A DNA stretch of 34,851 bases from Planctomycetota bacterium (GCA_044225365.1 JBGAIQ010000057.1:1-34851), one strand, 5' to 3'. Counted from the stretch's first letter, positions 1 through 11,500 are shown. The notes: a model not told the origin generated them from the letters alone. A program made the numbers and translations.

Positions 1-321
1 CGCACGCAGCTCGCGACGTTCGAGGACGGACGAACGTACTTCTCGATCGCGCGCACGATCGAGAAACACCGCGGTGGATTCCGGGCGCCGCGCGTGCTCT
101 ACGCCATCGCGCTCTCGACCGCCGTCGAATCCGCGAGGGAAATGGTCTACGCCGACGGATTCGATCTCTCGAACAAGACCGCCGCCGTCCCGATCGGCAC
201 GACGTGTCGCCTCTGCACTCGCCTCGACTGCGAGGCCCGCGCGTTCCCGCCGATGCGGCAATCGTTGAAGATCGACGAGAACGTGCTCGGCCGCAATTTC
301 TACGCGCCGCTGAATCGTTGA
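1..321 (+). CDS. C-terminal end (5'-truncated by window) of a short-chain fatty acyl-CoA regulator family protein (ScfR/RamB/PrpR-like)
   Basis: Frame 1 is open from base 1: RTQLATFEDGRTYFSIART...VYADGFDL...PIGTTCRLCTRLDCEARAFPP. The PIG-x2-CRxC-x4-C-x2-RAFPP motif is typical of this family. Confidence 0.85.
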   Translation, partial: RTQLATFEDGRTYFSIARTIEKHRGGFRAPRVLYAIALSTAVESAREMVYADGFDLSNKTAAVPIGTTCRLCTRLDCEARAFPPMRQSLKIDENVLGRNFYAPLNR

Positions 322-444
322 GCGAGGAGGGCGCGGGCTCGCCGCCTTCGCGCGAGCGATCCTTTCTTTTTCCCTACGATTCTCGGTGACGCCGAAATCG
401 CGAACCGGATCGACCAGGGCATGAACCCCTGGAGGTATCTGGTC

Positions 445-2046
445 ATGGCGCGTCGCTTCCCAACATCCCTCGCCCTCTCCTGTTTCGCCCTCCCCATACT
501 TGCTGTGACCGCGCAGGCCGATGGCCCGGTCGTATTCCAGCAGCTCTTCCCGACGCCGAACCCGCCGGTCGCCCACACCTTGTCGGACGTCGCCATCGAT
601 GGCGCCACGATCCTCGTCGGCTACTGGACGGCGGACGACCTGGGGCCTTCCAAGGGGGCGGTCTACGTCCTCGAGCGGCAGATCAGCGGGAAGTGGGTGA
701 AGACCTCGATGCTCGTGCCGACCACGGGCCAGGTCTCCGATTTCGGTGAGCGCGTCGCCCTCGACGGGAACATCGCGGCGGTCGGTGCGCCGTCGGCGGG
801 CCAGGGCGGCGGCGTCGTGTGGATGTTCGAACGGACGAATGGCGTATGGGCGCAGACGGCCGAGATTCACCCACTCGGTCCCTTCGGGGCCAAGAAAGCG
901 GGCATCATCGCGCTCTCCGGCGACGATCTCATGATCGCTTCGCCGCAGCAGTACAACGGATCGAAATTCTGCGGCGGGATCTACTTCTACCACCGCACCG
1001 GGATCGGCTGGGGTCTGGCCCAGGGACCGATCTTTCCGAGTGATTACGCGACGGGCGGAACGTTCGCCCTCACCGCGGCGATCGATGGCAACGTCGCGGT
1101 CACGTCGGATCCAAACAGCGGTCGAGCCTACGTATTCGAGCGATCCGGGCCGGGTTCCCCGTGGGGGCAGGCCCAGGAGTTGATGCCGCCCAACGGATAC
1201 TCCGACACGTTTGGAGCCTCGGTCGCCGTCTCCGGCGATTGGATCGCGATCGGCGCTTCGACGGACGACCAGAAAGCGACGGACGCCGGATCCGTGCGCA
1301 TGTATCACCGGGCCAGTCTTGGATCCTGGATCGAGCAGCCGAAGTTGCTCGCCGCGGATGGCACGGCCGCCGATGAGTTCGGCGACGCGGTCGAGATGCA
1401 CGGCGGACGCCTTGTGGTGGGCGCCTATCGCGACACGTTCGGCAACAAGACGGACTCCGGCTCGGCGTACGTGTTCGATCGCCAGATGAACGGCTCCTGG
1501 CTGCAGACGGCCAAACTGATGCATCCGAATCCCGCGACCAACGAGAATGTCGGAGAGTACCTTGCCCTTGCCGCGGACGGCGGCATCGCGGTCGCGGTTC
1601 CCTCTGCCTCGGACCCCAATCTCGGTGGCGTGCTGCTGTTCGACGCCCAGACTTTGTCCGGCAAAGTGAGTTCGATCTCCCTGTCGTCCGGCGGCTCGCA
1701 AATCCTCGACGTCCAGGCGGGACTCGCCAACGCTGGCCGCACGTATCTCGTCGCAGGATCATTGAGCGGCACCTCGCCCGGCATGCCGCTGCCCGGCGGC
1801 TTCACCCTCCCGCTCCACTACGACGCGTACACCGCGTTCACCTTGTTCACTCCGAACAACCCCGTGCTGTCGAACTCCCTCGGCATCCTCGGCGTGAACG
1901 GCGGCAATCAGGCGACGTTCACGCTGCCCGCGGGGGTCGATCCGAGCCTCGCCGGCATCACCGTCACCCACGCCTTCCTCGTCCTCGATTCTGGATCGCA
2001 CGTGAAACTCGTGAGCAACCCGCTCGCGGTGCAGCTCGTGCCGTGA
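445..2046 (+). CDS. Secreted FG-GAP repeat (beta-propeller) protein with C-terminal beta-sandwich domain
   Basis: GGAGGT at 431-436 precedes ATG 445. Signal peptide ends at ..TAQA. Repeated FG.xVAxSG..xAVGA / GxxYVFER units. Confidence 0.85.
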   Translation: MARRFPTSLALSCFALPILAVTAQADGPVVFQQLFPTPNPPVAHTLSDVAIDGATILVGYWTADDLGPSKGAVYVLERQISGKWVKTSMLVPTTGQVSDFGERVALDGNIAAVGAPSAGQGGGVVWMFERTNGVWAQTAEIHPLGPFGAKKAGIIALSGDDLMIASPQQYNGSKFCGGIYFYHRTGIGWGLAQGPIFPSDYATGGTFALTAAIDGNVAVTSDPNSGRAYVFERSGPGSPWGQAQELMPPNGYSDTFGASVAVSGDWIAIGASTDDQKATDAGSVRMYHRASLGSWIEQPKLLAADGTAADEFGDAVEMHGGRLVVGAYRDTFGNKTDSGSAYVFDRQMNGSWLQTAKLMHPNPATNENVGEYLALAADGGIAVAVPSASDPNLGGVLLFDAQTLSGKVSSISLSSGGSQILDVQAGLANAGRTYLVAGSLSGTSPGMPLPGGFTLPLHYDAYTAFTLFTPNNPVLSNSLGILGVNGGNQATFTLPAGVDPSLAGITVTHAFLVLDSGSHVKLVSNPLAVQLVP

Positions 2047-2100
2047 GTGCGGTAGTCGAAGCGACTCGAGACAACGCAGTCGCACGGGGCTCGCGCGTCG

Positions 2101-5079
2101 TCACTTCCCGGAAGCAGAAACGTCGATCTCGGCCGTCGTTCCCGCAGCGAGCGTGATCGTGCCGGAGGCGAGGAGGGGCGGGTCGAGTTGCGCAAATTCA
2201 TATTTGCCGCTGTAGTGATCACCGAACAGCTCGTAGCGAAACGTGCCTGGGAGGACCTCGAAACTCTCCGAGCGATCTTTCCACTGGAGCCTCGTTGGGG
2301 CGAGGTCGATCCACTGATCGTGGATGCGCGAAATCTCGTCGGCTGCATCGACGGGCACGAGATGCAAGCTGGGGCGTCGGGACCATAACGAGTATTCGAG
2401 GCCGCGTAGGTGAATCGTGGCGGGCCGTGTTATCTCGAGATCGACGGTAATGATGCCGCCGTTACGTGCGTCGATCTGAACCTCACCGAGTGCGTCGGGC
2501 GCCTCGAACCGTAATCGGAGTTCGCTTGATGGAACAGACACGAGCTCGAAATCTGAGCGGCCCTCGAGCGCCATCGGCCATGGAGGTGTGATGTGTCCCA
2601 CGCCATCCGACGCGAGCGGAACGATCCATCCTTGCTTCAGGATCTCCGCGAACTCGGCCCCGTCGAAGCCGTGGGCGACGATCCGGCATTTCACCGTCGC
2701 GGGAATTGCAATTGGCAGGTCGAAGTGGAGCTTCGTGTCGCCGGGCTTGACGTCGAAGTCGAGCGATTGCGTCGACAAACCTTCTTCCGTGTCGACTTCG
2801 ATCGTCCAGGTCCCGACGCGTGCTCGGTCGATCTGAACTTGCCCTTTCCTACCGGTGGCGACGATGACCGCTTCGGAACTGATCCGTTTCGGAGTCTTGT
2901 CGTCACGGTTGCGTGGAAAGACTTGCGCGTGGCGGATGGTGTAGGGTTTACGGCTTTCTGAATCGAGCACGTCGATCGTTACGTTGGCGACGCCAATCGG
3001 CAGTCGTTCGCCAATGATACGTAGATCATGCTGATCTCCGGTGTCGCACTCGAACGTGACTCGTCCACTACGCCACAGAGAATCGCCGCCAGGCAAGTCG
3101 ACGACTAGCGTGCGGCCCCCCGCTACAGCATGTGCGTGGAAGCGGCCTTGCTCGTCGCTCGAAACTGAAAGTTGTGTACCGCTCGCGTCGAATAGACCCC
3201 GAATCGAGGCGTCAGGTATTGGCTGTCCATTCGCGTCGACGACGATTCCGCCTACAAGTTGTAGTGCGACCGATTTGCTATCGAGCGATTCCGTCGTGCC
3301 CCGCGCCGACAGGGTCACTCGTTGGCTCCGAAGTGCGGCTGCCGGGCCGTGATCGATTCGAACGGTCGTCCGCGACCGGTCGGATTCGACAACGATCAGA
3401 ACGTCCCAGTTACAAGGCAAGATGTTGAATCGAACGAGTCCTCGAGCATCCGACGTTCGTCGAAAGTCTGGGATGAGTCGAGGATCGGAAGCTGACAACT
3501 CAGTGAACTCCGAAGGAAAGTCCATGGTTGGCACCGCCGCGACCCGGACTCCCGAGATTGGTTTGCCTTGCTCGTCGAGTACCTCGATCTCGACAGGTGA
3601 GTTTGGGTAGAGACAGACGCTCGCTTTGCTGGAGTCGATTCCCGCCGAACTGGTGATTCTCGTCGCACCGCTGTCACGATCAGAGAGAGCCAGTATCATA
3701 TGCATGTCGTCGCTATTACTTCGGACATGTTCGATCGTGAATTTTCCGTTCCTGTCGGTCGCTCCAACGGGCCGTGCGGCATCGAGGATGTGCGGCCACC
3801 GCGGCTTGGAGAAATGGTCAAATAGATAGATCCGTGCACCTGCGATCGGCAGTTGCGAAATATCGTGCGCATATCCGTGAACGGTCGCCCCTCGCTCGAG
3901 CCGCACGTCTCCAAGGTCGATGCCTTCCCGAAGCGCAATCGTCCGGCCCGGAAACGCGATCTGTCGGTATAACGGCGCGTAGTCGTGACTAATAACGCGG
4001 ACCTCGGGATTCGAATCGATGATCTCGCTCAGGACGTCGAATCGGCCATCCGAGTCGGTTCGGGGGGCGGAATCCGAGAGATTCAAGTCGCTGTCCAACG
4101 TGCGAATATCGACCGTCGCGCCGGCGACCGGAGTGAGTGTCGCTCCGTCGAGCACTCGTCCGCGATAGTGGATTCGGTGATCCGGCGCGGCGGGCGGAAC
4201 CGCATCGCGAGTGGTCGGCGTCGCGGTCTCGGCGGGCGGAATGGGATCGTTCGCGAGCTGCGGCGCTTCGGCGACCCGGCCCGCGGCATCGACATCATGC
4301 GAAGGGCTGCTCAACATGAGCTTTGCCGCGACGAACCAGCCCGCGAGGAGGACGAGAACACCGGCGACGAGTTTCTTCCACATCAGCCACGATCCGATCG
4401 CGAGAGGGGTGAGCGACGCCGATGAGACGAGCCCCGGCTTCTGGATGCGGGTGAGAAGGCGACCGCGAAGGCCCTGGATCGCTCGTCGTTCGAGTCGGCT
4501 TCGAACGAAGGCGGGAAACGCCGCGAGCAGCCCGTGCGGCAGGAGGCGGCGCACGCGATCGAGGGCGCGATGAAAATGGACCCGCAAGAGGACCGGCGTG
4601 CGGCCCCCGTGAATCGAGCCCTCGTCGACGGGTCGTCGCCGCGCGTCGAGGATCTCGCGATAGGGTGAGGGCAGGTCCGCGATCGCCATCGCGACGGCCG
4701 CGCGCTCTTCGAGATCGATCAGCGCCTCGAGTTGATTCGGCTCGACGGTGACGACGGGAACACCGACGCTCGTCGCTCGCGCAGCCCGTCGCGCGGCGTT
4801 CTTCGCGTGCATCGCCAGGATGCCGACGAGCCACGGCAGAAGGGGTCGCGCAGGATCGAACACTCGAGCGCGCTCGATCGCCGTCACGTACGTGGCCTGG
4901 ATCAAGTCTTCGGCGTCGCCGCGTCCCCGCGCGATCCGCCGCGCGACGCGCATCAGCAAGGGCGCCGTGGCGTCGTAGACGGCGGCGAAAGCGGACGTAT
5001 CGCCCGTCGCCGCAAAGCGCGAGAAGAGCGCTTCGATCGCGTCGGCGGGGAGGCTCGGGAGCTTCGGAACGTCGTCCAT
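2101..5079 (-). CDS. ECF sigma factor-TM-carboxypeptidase regulatory-like repeat fusion, copy 1 (992 aa)
   Basis: Sigma2 DAEDLIQATYVTA..FDP..PWLVGI; sigma4 LPSPYRE..FHRAL; MWKK plus hydrophobic helix; repeated GRVxD..G.P..GA.V..TD..GRF units. Confidence 0.9.
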   Translation of the reverse strand: MDDVPKLPSLPADAIEALFSRFAATGDTSAFAAVYDATAPLLMRVARRIARGRGDAEDLIQATYVTAIERARVFDPARPLLPWLVGILAMHAKNAARRAARATSVGVPVVTVEPNQLEALIDLEERAAVAMAIADLPSPYREILDARRRPVDEGSIHGGRTPVLLRVHFHRALDRVRRLLPHGLLAAFPAFVRSRLERRAIQGLRGRLLTRIQKPGLVSSASLTPLAIGSWLMWKKLVAGVLVLLAGWFVAAKLMLSSPSHDVDAAGRVAEAPQLANDPIPPAETATPTTRDAVPPAAPDHRIHYRGRVLDGATLTPVAGATVDIRTLDSDLNLSDSAPRTDSDGRFDVLSEIIDSNPEVRVISHDYAPLYRQIAFPGRTIALREGIDLGDVRLERGATVHGYAHDISQLPIAGARIYLFDHFSKPRWPHILDAARPVGATDRNGKFTIEHVRSNSDDMHMILALSDRDSGATRITSSAGIDSSKASVCLYPNSPVEIEVLDEQGKPISGVRVAAVPTMDFPSEFTELSASDPRLIPDFRRTSDARGLVRFNILPCNWDVLIVVESDRSRTTVRIDHGPAAALRSQRVTLSARGTTESLDSKSVALQLVGGIVVDANGQPIPDASIRGLFDASGTQLSVSSDEQGRFHAHAVAGGRTLVVDLPGGDSLWRSGRVTFECDTGDQHDLRIIGERLPIGVANVTIDVLDSESRKPYTIRHAQVFPRNRDDKTPKRISSEAVIVATGRKGQVQIDRARVGTWTIEVDTEEGLSTQSLDFDVKPGDTKLHFDLPIAIPATVKCRIVAHGFDGAEFAEILKQGWIVPLASDGVGHITPPWPMALEGRSDFELVSVPSSELRLRFEAPDALGEVQIDARNGGIITVDLEITRPATIHLRGLEYSLWSRRPSLHLVPVDAADEISRIHDQWIDLAPTRLQWKDRSESFEVLPGTFRYELFGDHYSGKYEFAQLDPPLLASGTITLAAGTTAEIDVSASGK

Positions 5080-5087
5080 CGCGTTCC

Positions 5088-5113
5088 ATTGTCGCGAGTC
5101 CGCGTCCGGTTAC
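5088..5113 (-). promoter_or_regulatory. Conserved ECF-type promoter-like motif GTAAC-N15-GACAAT
   Basis: Minus strand reads GTAACcggacgcggactcgcGACAAT, then 8 nt to ATG 5079. Same layout upstream of three paralogs. Confidence 0.7.
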
Positions 5114-5141
5114 GGCTCTCCTCGAAATTTCCGCGCGACGA

Positions 5142-8100
5142 TCACTTCGCGGCAGGCAGCTCGAGGTCGAACGTCTCGCCCGGAACGACCGTCAACGATC
5201 CGGTCGCCACGATGGGGAGCGGGTCCGAGCCTCCGGCACTGGAGTTCAGGAACCCGCGCAGGAGCTCGTAACGCCATTCGCCGGCCGCCAGCGCAAAGGC
5301 GTGCTCCTCGGCGACTCGATCGGGAAACACGATCGATCCCCAGGAATCGAGATGGGCGTCATGGACCGAGATGAAATGGATCGACAGCCCCGCATCCGAT
5401 TTCGTGGTGCCGGCGCGCAAGTGAACGGTGCCGAAGCGAGACGCGTGGATCTCGACTTCGAGTTCTCCTCCCGCCGTGGCGTCGACGAATCCGTCACCGA
5501 TGAGTTCCGGCGAAGAAAGATGGAATCGCACAGGCCGCGGCGGAACCTGGGTGAACCGGAATTCCGTCGCCCCACGAAGATCGAATCGAGTCGGCTCGAA
5601 GTCGTTCGTCTCGCCGCCGAGACCGTCCGCATCGCTGCCACGAATCCACGCGAAACGAAGCGCTCCGGCCAGGGACTGGGCGTCGAAACCGGAACCCACG
5701 ACGCGTCCGTGGACGATAGCCGGGCGTGATACTTCGACATCGAAGACGCGCTCCTCGTCGGTGGGGGCTATCTCGAAGTCCTTCACCACGGTGGGTCGCG
5801 CGTCGCATTTCACCTCGGCGCGCCAACGCCCCGCTCGCCATCGCTCGAGCGTGATCCTTCCCTTCTCGAGTCGTGGCGGCGGTCCGAACACCTGACCCGG
5901 AATGCGAACGAGCTTAGACTCGGGCGCCGAACGGTCCTGGATCGGGTAGACCCACGCGGAAACTAGATCGAGCGGTTCCCCGCTCGCCCCATCGAAGATC
6001 CTCAGTTGGACCCGAGCGAGGCCCGCGTCGACGCGTAGTGCGATCACGCGTACGTTGGTGGAGCCGCACTTCACGTCCGATTCGAGCTGAGACTGGACCC
6101 AGTTCCAACGCTCGCCGGGGAGGTTGATGATCAGTCTTCCTTCGCCCGCTGTCGCATGGGAGATTCGGAATCGACCGCTTTCATCCGTCCGAATCGCGTC
6201 GGCATAGAGCGTACGATCAGGAAGACGCATCGCTACCGACGCAGCGGATACGGGCGCCCCACGATCGTCGACGACGATTCCTTCGACCGGCGCCGCAGGC
6301 GTTGCGACGAGCACGACGTCCCGTGCATCGCGATCGACGGGTACGTCGACCGAGGTCGGAATTCGGGCGACCCCCGGCGCGCCGACGCAGAGCTGAGTGA
6401 TATCGCCCCCAACGACGTGTTCGAGTCGGAACGCGCCATCGGGCGCACTCGTGACTTCGTCCACTTTGGGACTGAGATCGGATTGATAGAGGTCGTACCG
6501 CTCGACTCGGACTCCGCCGATGCCGCGTCCAGCGGAATCGACGACTCGGCCGCTGACAGCGAACTCGCGAAGGCGAGGCATCACGAGGCGCCGATTCGTC
6601 GACTGCGTCGCCGACAGCCGAATCGCCGACGCGGTCGCGCGCAAGTGTCCTTCGCGGCCCGCGGAGAGAGCGCATTCCATTTCCAGTGGCAGAGCGGTGA
6701 ATCGCACGCGGCCTGCGGCGTCGGTGGCCTTGCAGAACTCACTTTCCGTCTCGCACGACCAGAGCATGGTGGGTCGGTCCGTTTCGCTCCGCCAGACGAA
6801 GGGTGGTTCGAGCGGACCTGCCGAGACGAATGTGCCCTCCAGGGGCGCGCCCGAATCGTCGACGAGTTCCACCTCGAGCGTGGCGGCTCGGAAGAGTCGG
6901 ATCTCGAGTCCTTCGACGTGGGCCTTTCCTACCGGGATATTCAGATCGCAGCCGCCGCAGCCTCGCGGGGATTCGGCGAAGAGCCGGAATCGGTAGAGGC
7001 CGCCTTCGCGCACGTGCTCGATCACGAACGTGCCGTCCGATTCGGTGACGCCGACTTCCCGGGAGATCGTCGGGTAGAACGCCCACTGCATGTCTCCTTC
7101 GTCGTGGAGGAACAGACGAGCCCCTTCGACGGAGCGACCCTCGGCGTCGAGGACTCTGCCATGCAATGTCGCCCCGGAGCCGATCGAAAGGTCGCCGAGA
7201 TCGACTCCGTCGCGTCGCGCCGCGGATTCCTCGGCGACGTCGAATTCGCGGCGGGCTTCCGCATGGTCCTTGGAGCGTGCGTAGAGCGTGCCGTGTCCGT
7301 CGAAACGCGGGCGCGCGATGAGGAAGCGACCATCGGGCTGCGTCAGGACGGCGTCCTTGGGGAGCGCTGAATTCGGGAATCGATGCGTCGAATCGACGAA
7401 GACCGTCGCCGCCGCGACCGGTGCTCCGCTCGTCGCATCGATGATCCGTCCGCGGAAGAGCACCGGCGGCTCCGACGCTACTGCGCTCGGCGACGGTTCG
7501 ATGCGGTTGCGTTCGATCGCCGTCGCCTCTGCGGTCGTCGCGATCGGCTCGCTCGCGTTCTGGTCCGTGAGAGCCGGAGAGGTCCTTCGATCCCTGGCTT
7601 CCGATAGGGAATCGGGGCGATCGCCGCGAAGGACCCACGCACCGGCGACGATCAGGAGGACGCATGCGGCCATCGCCGCGATCTTCTTTCCCATCAGGAT
7701 TCCCCCGACCATGGTGACGGAAGTGGGCGCGACGATTCGTGCGCCTGGTTCGAAGCGGGTGAGCAGGATGCGGCGTACGCCATCGATCGTGTGCCGATCG
7801 TGACGCGCATCGATGAGTCGCGGGATCACGCCGAACAAGCTCTGCGGCAGGAGACGGCGAAGGAGGCGAATCGCGCGATGGAAGCCAACCCGCAGATGAA
7901 CCGGCGTGATTCCCGTTTTGCGTGGCACGCTCGTTGATGCGTCGATGCGCGCTTCCAGGATTTCGCGGTAGGGCCTCGGCAGTTCGTCGATCGCGAGGGC
8001 AACGGCCGCGCGCTCCTCCAGTTCGATGAGCGAGGCGAGCTGAGTTGCATCCGAACTGTTCGAACTGTTCGGGCCGTTCGGCGAACGCGCGAGGCCGTAC

Positions 8101-8414
8101 ACGTCGGGTGCACGCCTCGCGGCACGCGCGGCGTTCTTCGCATGACCGGCGAGGATTCCGATGAGCCACGGAAGGAGCGCGCGAGTCGGATCGAAATCGA
8201 GGGCCCGCTCGATCGCCGTCACGAAGGTCGCCTGGATCAGGTCGTCGGCGTCGTTGCGCTGCCTCGCAATGCGGCGGGCGACGGCGAGAAGCGCGGGGGC
8301 CGTGCGGTCGTACACGAGAGCGAAGGACTCGCCGTCGCCTCGCATCGCGAAGCGGATCCAGAGGGATTCGACCGAGTCGGCGACCTCGTCACGACGCCTT
8401 AGGGAAGAGGGCAT
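5142..8414 (-). CDS. ECF sigma factor-TM-carboxypeptidase regulatory-like repeat fusion, copy 2 (~1090 aa)
   Basis: Same architecture (DADDLIQATFVTAIERA; MGKK plus TM). Start reset to ATG 8414 by alignment with paralogs and the upstream motif. Confidence 0.9.
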   Translation of the reverse strand: MPSSLRRRDEVADSVESLWIRFAMRGDGESFALVYDRTAPALLAVARRIARQRNDADDLIQATFVTAIERALDFDPTRALLPWLIGILAGHAKNAARAARRAPDVYGLARSPNGPNSSNSSDATQLASLIELEERAAVALAIDELPRPYREILEARIDASTSVPRKTGITPVHLRVGFHRAIRLLRRLLPQSLFGVIPRLIDARHDRHTIDGVRRILLTRFEPGARIVAPTSVTMVGGILMGKKIAAMAACVLLIVAGAWVLRGDRPDSLSEARDRRTSPALTDQNASEPIATTAEATAIERNRIEPSPSAVASEPPVLFRGRIIDATSGAPVAAATVFVDSTHRFPNSALPKDAVLTQPDGRFLIARPRFDGHGTLYARSKDHAEARREFDVAEESAARRDGVDLGDLSIGSGATLHGRVLDAEGRSVEGARLFLHDEGDMQWAFYPTISREVGVTESDGTFVIEHVREGGLYRFRLFAESPRGCGGCDLNIPVGKAHVEGLEIRLFRAATLEVELVDDSGAPLEGTFVSAGPLEPPFVWRSETDRPTMLWSCETESEFCKATDAAGRVRFTALPLEMECALSAGREGHLRATASAIRLSATQSTNRRLVMPRLREFAVSGRVVDSAGRGIGGVRVERYDLYQSDLSPKVDEVTSAPDGAFRLEHVVGGDITQLCVGAPGVARIPTSVDVPVDRDARDVVLVATPAAPVEGIVVDDRGAPVSAASVAMRLPDRTLYADAIRTDESGRFRISHATAGEGRLIINLPGERWNWVQSQLESDVKCGSTNVRVIALRVDAGLARVQLRIFDGASGEPLDLVSAWVYPIQDRSAPESKLVRIPGQVFGPPPRLEKGRITLERWRAGRWRAEVKCDARPTVVKDFEIAPTDEERVFDVEVSRPAIVHGRVVGSGFDAQSLAGALRFAWIRGSDADGLGGETNDFEPTRFDLRGATEFRFTQVPPRPVRFHLSSPELIGDGFVDATAGGELEVEIHASRFGTVHLRAGTTKSDAGLSIHFISVHDAHLDSWGSIVFPDRVAEEHAFALAAGEWRYELLRGFLNSSAGGSDPLPIVATGSLTVVPGETFDLELPAAK

Positions 8415-8421
8415 GTGGAGT

Positions 8422-8447
8422 ATTGTCACGACACGCGGGGGTGTTAC
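8422..8447 (-). promoter_or_regulatory. Conserved promoter-like motif GTAAC-N15-GACAAT
   Basis: GTAACacccccgcgtgtcgtGACAAT, then 7 nt to ATG 8414. Confidence 0.7.
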
Positions 8448-8522
8448 CGCGTGTCGCCTTTGGAATGCGATAATTCCTGAAAGCCCTCCGGGTCCGGCGG
8501 GCACTCCATTCCCGTGAGACCG

Positions 8523-11500
8523 ATGGATCCCAACCCGCGCCCCGATCCTCGCTCGTCCGAGAGGGCGGCGTCGTTCGACGTCGAGGCGCTCCTTCGCGAG
8601 CGGGCCTGGCTCGTGGGGCTCGCTCGCTCGCTCGGGAGCGACGACGCTACGGCCGAGGATCTCGTGCAGGAGGCGCTCGTCCAGACGATCGCGCGGCCGC
8701 CGCGCGCGCTCGGATCGCCAAGGGCGTTCCTCGCCACCGTCCTGCGCCGCGTTGCACTCAAGATCGGTCGCGGGGAATCGCGACGGCGCGCACGCGAGGT
8801 CGCGAGCGCGCGGAGCGAGAGGCTGCCCGATTCGGGAACACTCGCCGCAGAAGTCGAAGCGCAGCGCGCGGTCGTCGAAGCGGTGCTCGCCCTCGATGAA
8901 CCGTATCGCCGCACGGTGATGCTCCGCTACTTCCGCGGCGTCGAGACGAAGACGATCGCGGCGGAAGAGGGCGTCGCCGCCGCGACGATCGATACGCGGC
9001 TCCACCGCGCGATCGGAAAACTGCGAGCACGCCTCGACAAGCGATTCGGCGATCGCGCGGCCTGGCGCGCGCCCCTGCTCCTCGCTGCCGCCGCGCTCGC
9101 CGTCGACAAGGCCGCCGTCGCGGGCACGATCGTGAAGAGCGCGGCAAGTGCATCGAAATGGTCGAGCCCCGCAGGGCTTGCAGGGAGTGGTGGGGTGAGT
9201 ACGTTCGGGAAGTCCCTCGTCGTCGGATTGGTTCTCGTCGTCGCGTCGGGTCTCGGCGTCCTGACGTGGCGTCGCGCTCACGACGAGAGCCGATCCACAC
9301 TCACGACCCTGGCCACCGACGATTCGACCGCGCGCTCCTTGGACCGTCGCGACGACGTCGCCGGTTCGAGCGCTCCTCGAGCGCCTTTTCCTGTCCCGGA
9401 GCGGGAGAGCGTGAAGTCGAATGACGGCGCGTCGACGCCCGCAGGGGATGCAGCGGACGGTGGCATCATCGACCTCGTCGATGCGGGCGGGAGGCCGATT
9501 TCGGGCGCGTCACTCGTGTTCCTCGATGCCCCACAAGACGCGGCCGCGATCCTGAAGACCGACGAATCGGGCCACGTCTCGTTCCCGCGCAACGCGCTCG
9601 GCTCCCGCCGACTCGTCGTGGCCGCGGCGAGTCGCGCTCCGCGAATCGTCGACTGCGTGTTGCGGCTCGGCGAGAACCGCATCGAGATCGACGGCGGCTT
9701 CGCCCTCGCCGGCCGCGTGCGTGTCAACGGGCACGAGCCACGGTCCCCGCTTCGGCTCTCGTTCGAGTACGCGGCGGGCTTTCCGGAGTTCGCTACGGAC
9801 TCGAGCGAGCTTCCTACCGGGATTGCGAACCTCCTGCAATCGTTGACGACAGAGACGGCAAGTGATGGATCGTTCGAGTTCGGGGGCCTCCCCTCCGATA
9901 CGCATGGGGAAGTGCGATTTGATCCTTGGGCTTACTACGTAAATGAGGATAGTAAACAGTCATTGGTCGTAGCGTCGCCAGCGCAAAACGTCGTGATAGA
10001 TCTCGATGAGTATCAGCGGATCAAGGGAATCGTTATCGACTCGCAGGGTCGTGGTGTCGCAGCCGCGTCTGTTGTGATTCAGGTCCTTGAGTCCGGGTTG
10101 AACGTTGTCACGATCCGACGTACTACTACCGACACAGGAGAATTCGATGCCCACCTCGGCTACCACCTCGATCGACATCGAAGGTACACAGGGCAAGTCG
10201 CAATCGAGGACCCGGAGCGCATTCGTCATCGGCAACTCGATTTCAGTATAGTCGAAGAAAGCGTTATTGATCTCGGCTCCATTGCGCTTGCGGATTCTGT
10301 TTACGTAGAATTCCAAGTGGTCGATGAAAACGGCAACCCATTATCCGGTGTGATCGGCTATCGCCGTCAGGGATTGGGTGCTCCAAGTAAGCCCACCGAC
10401 GAATCCGGTCTCGGTGGACTCACGATCGCTAAAAATACCGATGAAAGAGATCGGTGCTGGTTTGCAACGCCCGGCCGCGAGATCGTCGAATCGACACTTG
10501 CCGCCGGGCAAGTAACGCGCGTCATTATGCAGCGTGCTTCCGAGATAGAACTTTCTCTAGCGCGCAGGGACGGCGCAGATGTGGGGACTTGTTTTGCCGA
10601 GTTGGTCACGCTCGGCGAACGTCCCTTAGCAGATCCAAGCAAAGACCTGCCTCCGCCAGCACTGGAAGGGCAGTCCGAAGTGTTTCGAGGTGCCCATTGC
10701 ACACGGTGTTCGATGGAAGATGGAAATGCGTGTTTCGGATTCGAGGTCACCTCGGGGATCTCTTGGCTGCGCCGAATCCGCCCAAATGTTCGATTCGATC
10801 TTGTAATTCGAAGTACAGCAGATGTTGAGTTGTATCGAAGTCGAGATCTCATCCTTGATCCGGGAGAAACGCGCAAAGTCTTCGTTACGATCGATACCGT
10901 CGGGCGTGCGCTTTTCGTACATGTGCTGGACCCTTCAGGCAATCCTGTTTGCGATGCGGAAGTCGTTATCGAGCGAGGAATCGATGTTAGCTCGCCCAGG
11001 GGATTGACAGATACTTCCGGAACAGTCGCCTTCCTCGACGTCGCGGAGTCGATCGCAATTGTGAGCGTTCGTGCGCGCGGATATCCCGTATCGAAGAAGG
11101 CCATCGATGTCGCGACACTGAGCGGCCTGCCGCTCGAGATTCGACTGGAGGCGGGAAGAGGCGTGGAGCTCTCAATAGTAGACGTGAACGGCCGGGCGAT
11201 CGAGGACGGCGCGGCAGTGCGCGGCGGGATCGATTCTGAGGACGACCAGGAGTTCGTCGTACTCGACACACGGTCCCGCGAACTCGGCGGCGGCCGCTAC
11301 GCGTTCGATGAACTCCCGGCGACGGGGCGACTGCGGTTCGAGGTCACGCTCGGCGGAGTCGTCTATTCGCTCGTTCACGACTCACCCGCGCCGACGGCGA
11401 CGCTCGTCGTGCCCGCGCAGGGACGCGTGAGGTTGAGTTGGGACCTCGATCTGAAGACGAACTACCTGCCGTTCTACCGGTTCGTCCCGATCGGCGGCGG

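Noticed and set aside
337-372. Possible intrinsic terminator GCTCGC-N9-GCGAGC followed by a pyrimidine run
   Set aside because: Short stem, and the T-tract is offset and interrupted; too weak to call.
8415-9281. N-terminal extension of the 1379-aa ORF (5142..9281)
   Set aside because: It is the antisense shadow of copy 3. Paralog alignment and the promoter motif place the start at 8414.
9960-10316. 118-aa minus-strand ORF in the AT-richer segment
   Set aside because: Lies wholly antisense to the uninterrupted copy 3 ORF and has no recognisable motif.
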